A stretch of DNA of 64,000 nt from Coleofasciculus sp. B1-GNL1-01. Lineage in GTDB: Bacteria; Cyanobacteriota; Cyanobacteriia; Cyanobacteriales; Coleofasciculaceae. Positions within the stretch are counted from its first letter, which is position 1. Every line of letters starts with the position of its first letter. The stretch lies in NCBI GenBank assembly GCA_040220235.1, contig JAVJTO010000168.1, one strand, 5' to 3'. The translations under genes were made by a program, and so were the position numbers. Below, in pieces: positions 59,866 to 64,000 of the stretch. The notes beneath the pieces are model-generated. The model was not told the DNA's origin. It saw only the letters and a list, made by a program, of their open reading frames with translations, and did not search any database.

Positions 59866-62568
59866 ATGAGCCAACATCGCCCGGTTCCCCGATTAGATTT
59901 AGCACCGAAACTGAAACGCCCTCTCTCTTTATGGAATCCCTTGGATTATTTGCGCCTGTTGTATTGGGTGTTTTACTTTCCTCAAGCCTTGCGCTGGTAT
60001 GTGGATACCTTCGGCGGTGGGTATATTCCTCCAAAAGAAATGAATTGGCGCAAGGGATTAGAACTATTGCGTCAGAATCTTATCCAGCGCCAGTTACTTG
60101 TTCAAGGGTTAGTATTGAGCATTGTTATTCCTGTAGCTTGTTGTGGATTACTTCAACAGATAGGATTTGAAATTGATTGGAGTAGCGTGACGCTAGGCGT
60201 GGTGGGAGGCGTGGCGGGAAGCGTGACGCTAGGTGTGACCCTAGGCGTGGCGGGAGGTGTGGCGGTAGGCATTGGGTTTGGTGTGGGCTTTAGTGTGGGC
60301 TTGGGTGTAGGGTTTAATGTGGGCTTTGGTGTGGTGGTAGGTGCAGCGCTAGGTGTGGTGGTAGGTGTGGCAGGGGGCGTAGCCCTAGGTGTGGCGGTAG
60401 GCATAGCGGGAAGTGTGGCGCTAGGCATCTGGTTTGGCATAACGGGAGGTATGGCAGGAGGCGTGGCGGGAGGCGTGGCGGGAGGCGTGACAATTCTGCG
60501 TCCAGAAAACTGGTTGATTAGTTCACTGTTAAACCTGCGATACCTTCAGAATGGAAGTTTGTTATTCCCCCGCATTACCTTACTTCCTCTACCTTATCTA
60601 AGGTTTCGTTTACAGAATTGGCTGCAACAGGATTGGCAAAAGGGTTTACACAATATCAATCAATTATTGGCATATACTCTACAGTTTATTCCTGTTGTGC
60701 AAAGTGTTAATCTGGTACTGGATAAAACCCCATCAGAACAACTGATTTGGCGTATCTCTCGGCTGGCTGAAACCCCTTTTGATTGGCAGCTACTACGGTT
60801 TTGTTCAGTTTCACTGAATGCGGTGTTTAAGTCAAACGCCGTAGAAAATTTTTTCTTATTTCCTTATCATTGGCGGCAACAGCTTCAAGCTAACTTTACT
60901 ACAGATACTCGCTTAGACACTCCTGCCCGTGCTACGGCTGCTGGTTTTTGGCATCTCCATGAAAAAGAACCTGCAAAAGCAACCGAAGCATTTGCTGTTG
61001 TTCGTTCTCTTCTCTATGGTGAGGAACTCTTCACCCTCGCCCAAACTCTCACCACATTCAAAAAAACCAAAGAACCTGACACAATCGCCACATTAGAACT
61101 ACTCACTTCCCCAAACGAACCCCTACTGCGTCCCATAACCTGGAACACAATAAAATCTCTCTATCGAGTCGTGGAAGATGTGCGAGTAGTTCAGCGTAGC
61201 GTCTCTCGTTCCACCCGTGCCTTTGCCCTGAATCGCGCCTTAGGAGAACTGGAAACTATCCTTAATCGTATCGAAACCTTACCCGAAGCTGAACGAGAAT
61301 TAATCAAAGATATTGCCCAGACTTGGCAAGACGCATTATTACAAATTGCGACGGAAATTGGCAAGATTTCCATCACCAAACCTGTCACTAATCCTTATGT
61401 GGTAGGAGACCCCGTTGAAGGAAATCGCTTTGTCGGACGAGACGATATCCTTAGACAATTAGAAGAACTATGGGTTATGAGTCAACAACTCCAGTCTGTA
61501 GTTTTCTATGGTCATCGCCGCATGGGGAAAACTTCGATTCTTTTAAATGTGGCAAACTGTTCCGGTTCACGGGTAAAAGTGCTTTATATTAATCTACTGC
61601 TTTTAGGAAATAGTCCCCAAGGTGTCGGAGAAGTATTAATGGCGATAAGTGATGCAATTTCCGATTCCTTCGGCTGTCCCCCTCCAGATGATAATGACTT
61701 GCTGAATCTTCCTTATCCTACTTTTAGACGGTATTTCAAGCAGGTTGTAGAAATATTACCAGCAATGTCTCTACAGGGTTTAATTATTGCTCTAGATGAA
61801 TTCGAGAAAATCGAGGAACTCATCGAATCTGAAAAAATTCCCAATGACTTTATTTCATATCTAAAAGGCTTATTACAAAATAATTATAAAGTCGCGTTTG
61901 CTTTTGCTGGGTTGCACACCTTAGAAGAAATGACCGCCGATTATTTCCAACCTTTCTTTGCTAGCGTTCTTCCGATTCACGTCGGTTTCTTAGAACCTGC
62001 TGCAACGCGCCAGATTTTAGCCAATCCCAGCCTGGAAAATCCAGCTTCGACTGTTTCAGATATATCGGATAATGAGGCTGTTGATTTTCCTCTGGATTAC
62101 ACTCCAGACGCCCTTGACTCAATCTATCGTCTAACCGCAGGTCAACCCTATTTAGTTCAACTGGTGGGATTCCAACTGGTGCGCCGATACAATGATTTTG
62201 TGTTTGAACAGGGACATTCGCGTGACCCAGTTTTTACGGTAGAGGATGTGGAAGCGGTGATTAATGACCCCGAATTTTATAAACGGGGACGGTATTATTT
62301 TGATGGGGTTTGGGGTCAAGCGGCGCGAGGGGTTACAGGTCAACAGGCAATCCTTAAGGTGTTAGCGCCTCACCCGGATGGGTTAATCATTGAACAATTA
62401 AGGATAAATTTAGCAGAATTATTCAGAGAATTAGGACTTGCGCTTCTAGAGGAGAAACAATTAGAGGAAGCGTTGGAGACATTAAAACGCCATGATGTGA
62501 TTCAGCAAAAGGGTGAGTCTTGGCAGATTATCGTTGAACTATTCCGGCGCTGGGTGTTAAATCAGTAG
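59866..62568 (+). CDS. Membrane-associated AAA/STAND-like ATPase with Gly/Val-rich repeat TM region
   Basis: GVAG-type 4-aa repeats; NPYVVGDP..FVGR; GHRRMGKT Walker A; IALDEFE Walker B; TAGQPYLVQ; C-terminal VELFRRWV. Confidence 0.85.
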   Translation: MSQHRPVPRLDLAPKLKRPLSLWNPLDYLRLLYWVFYFPQALRWYVDTFGGGYIPPKEMNWRKGLELLRQNLIQRQLLVQGLVLSIVIPVACCGLLQQIGFEIDWSSVTLGVVGGVAGSVTLGVTLGVAGGVAVGIGFGVGFSVGLGVGFNVGFGVVVGAALGVVVGVAGGVALGVAVGIAGSVALGIWFGITGGMAGGVAGGVAGGVTILRPENWLISSLLNLRYLQNGSLLFPRITLLPLPYLRFRLQNWLQQDWQKGLHNINQLLAYTLQFIPVVQSVNLVLDKTPSEQLIWRISRLAETPFDWQLLRFCSVSLNAVFKSNAVENFFLFPYHWRQQLQANFTTDTRLDTPARATAAGFWHLHEKEPAKATEAFAVVRSLLYGEELFTLAQTLTTFKKTKEPDTIATLELLTSPNEPLLRPITWNTIKSLYRVVEDVRVVQRSVSRSTRAFALNRALGELETILNRIETLPEAERELIKDIAQTWQDALLQIATEIGKISITKPVTNPYVVGDPVEGNRFVGRDDILRQLEELWVMSQQLQSVVFYGHRRMGKTSILLNVANCSGSRVKVLYINLLLLGNSPQGVGEVLMAISDAISDSFGCPPPDDNDLLNLPYPTFRRYFKQVVEILPAMSLQGLIIALDEFEKIEELIESEKIPNDFISYLKGLLQNNYKVAFAFAGLHTLEEMTADYFQPFFASVLPIHVGFLEPAATRQILANPSLENPASTVSDISDNEAVDFPLDYTPDALDSIYRLTAGQPYLVQLVGFQLVRRYNDFVFEQGHSRDPVFTVEDVEAVINDPEFYKRGRYYFDGVWGQAARGVTGQQAILKVLAPHPDGLIIEQLRINLAELFRELGLALLEEKQLEEALETLKRHDVIQQKGESWQIIVELFRRWVLNQ

Positions 62569-63193
62569 ATTGTCATTAGTCATTAGTCATTTGTCATTTG
62601 TTGAATCAATTTTTTACCTAATTGTAGTGGCGTGACATACCGACTTTTATCAATTAACCTTACGCCCAGAAACCGTAGGGACGCACTGATGTGCATTGGT
62701 GACAACTTAAGATGAAACCCAATACAGAGGGAGCTTTTCACCCTCATCCCCTAACCCCTTCTCCCACCCCCCTCGTTCCCCCCTACAAGAGAGGGGAGGA
62801 CAGAGGATGCTTCGCTTTTGTTTCATGGGAGAAGGGGAACCATCACATAAAACCGCTTCTAGTATCAGGGAAAAGAACACACTTTCTTTCTTGTATTTCT
62901 TGCTCCCCTCTCCCCTGGTGGGAGAGGGGCTGGGGGTGAGGGGTTCTAGCTTAAGTTGACATCTAAGTCGCCAATTTGGATGCCTGGAAATAAATTTCCG
63001 GCTGAAAGCTAAAGTAAGCTAAAGCTTACTGAGTATTTGAACCCGTTAAAACAGGTTTTAGCTTTAGTTCAGGGCTTAGACTAAAATTCAAAATCGGAAC
63101 ATTGGCGACAAAATGATTCTACTTTATGTAGAAACTTAGCCTGTCACACCTCTACACTGGTAAAGACTGACAACTATCTTCCGTTAACATCGC

Positions 63194-63835
63194 GTGTCTT
63201 CAACCAATCCCCAAACGTTCCCCTTAATCCTCGGTATTACTGGTGCCTCTGGCTTAATCTATGCAGTACGTGCCGTGAAGTTTCTCTTAGAAGCCGACTA
63301 TACCATCGAACTGGTGGCATCAAAATCAGCCTATATGGTTTGGCAAGCGGAACAAAACACCCGTATGCCTCCAGAACCCGAACAACAGACACAATTCTGG
63401 CGTCAGCAAGCAGGTGTACCCAAAAAAGGCAAGCTGATTTGTCATCGCTGGGGGGATGTGGGTGCAACCATTGCCAGTGGTTCGTTCCGGACATTGGGAA
63501 TGGTGATTATTCCCTGTAGTATGAGTACGGTGGCAAAAATTGCCAATGGTTTGAGTTCAGATTTATTAGAACGGTCAGCCGATGTGCAGTTAAAAGAAGG
63601 GCGTCAACTGATAATTGTACCCCGTGAAACACCATTTAGCTTAATTCACCTGCGTAACCTCACCACTCTAGCCGAAGCTGGAGTCAAGATTGTGCCAGCC
63701 ATTCCCGCCTGGTATCACAATCCTCAAACCATTGAAGATTTAGTGGATTTTGTTGTAGCGCGAACCTTAGACCAACTCAATATTGATTGTGTTCCTTTAA
63801 CACGATGGCAAGGTGGTTTTCGGGAAAAGGTTTGA
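63194..63835 (+). CDS. ubiX: Flavin prenyltransferase UbiX
   Basis: GITGASG, IASGSF, PCSMSTV, LKEGR..VPRETP, PAWYH. Confidence 0.95.
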   Translation: MSSTNPQTFPLILGITGASGLIYAVRAVKFLLEADYTIELVASKSAYMVWQAEQNTRMPPEPEQQTQFWRQQAGVPKKGKLICHRWGDVGATIASGSFRTLGMVIIPCSMSTVAKIANGLSSDLLERSADVQLKEGRQLIIVPRETPFSLIHLRNLTTLAEAGVKIVPAIPAWYHNPQTIEDLVDFVVARTLDQLNIDCVPLTRWQGGFREKV

Positions 63836-64000
63836 CTCTTTGCTTGGTTCAGGAGATCGGGTTTTTCGGGGCGGGTTTCAAAATTATTGTTTCTTACTTG
63901 ACCCAGATGTAACTAAACCTGCCGTGACTTGGTTAGGGCGATTGAAATCGCTGCTACATAAGCAAAGTCCGCCTACGCGGACTGAATTGTAACGGCGATA

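Noticed and set aside
1..64000. Very frequent GCGATCGC octamer and heptamer tandem repeats as a novel signal
   Set aside because: These are the well-known cyanobacterial HIP1 and STRR elements

Overview
64 kb of a filamentous cyanobacterial chromosome. Frequent HIP1 GCGATCGC, STRR heptamer repeats and many MITE/REP-like elements suggest an Oscillatoriales/Coleofasciculus-like genome (inference). From left to right: (i) a Fur-box-marked putative metal/iron uptake locus (Tat two-domain multicopper oxidase, lipoprotein, Fur, SLH-OprB porin); (ii) a PEP-CTERM subtilase-like protease; (iii) a triple-nested MITE; (iv) a ~20 kb fermentation/H2 cluster (pflB, pflA, an hfsA/PAS/hfsC-like module, a hydrogenase maturation protease, an ADP-forming acetyl-CoA synthetase-GNAT fusion, menD, hypFCD-tautomerase-hypE, a RelE-type TA pair and a class I aldolase); (v) a MITE-truncated DNA methyltransferase; (vi) housekeeping genes (ispG, potC, serA, prmA, pheS, ubiX and others); (vii) a tandem array of membrane Ser/Thr kinases with a remnant and a pseudokinase; (viii) a direct-repeat-flanked VapC TA cassette next to two STAND-like AAA ATPases. 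The best candidate for an undescribed system is the clostridial/Thermotoga-type hfsA-hfsB-hfsC sensory module reduced to ferredoxin + PAS-only + SpoIIE phosphatase, with no [FeFe] H-cluster domain, embedded in a cyanobacterial PFL/[NiFe]-hydrogenase fermentation cluster. No rRNA, tRNA or CRISPR array was found. All calls come from motif recognition without database searches.
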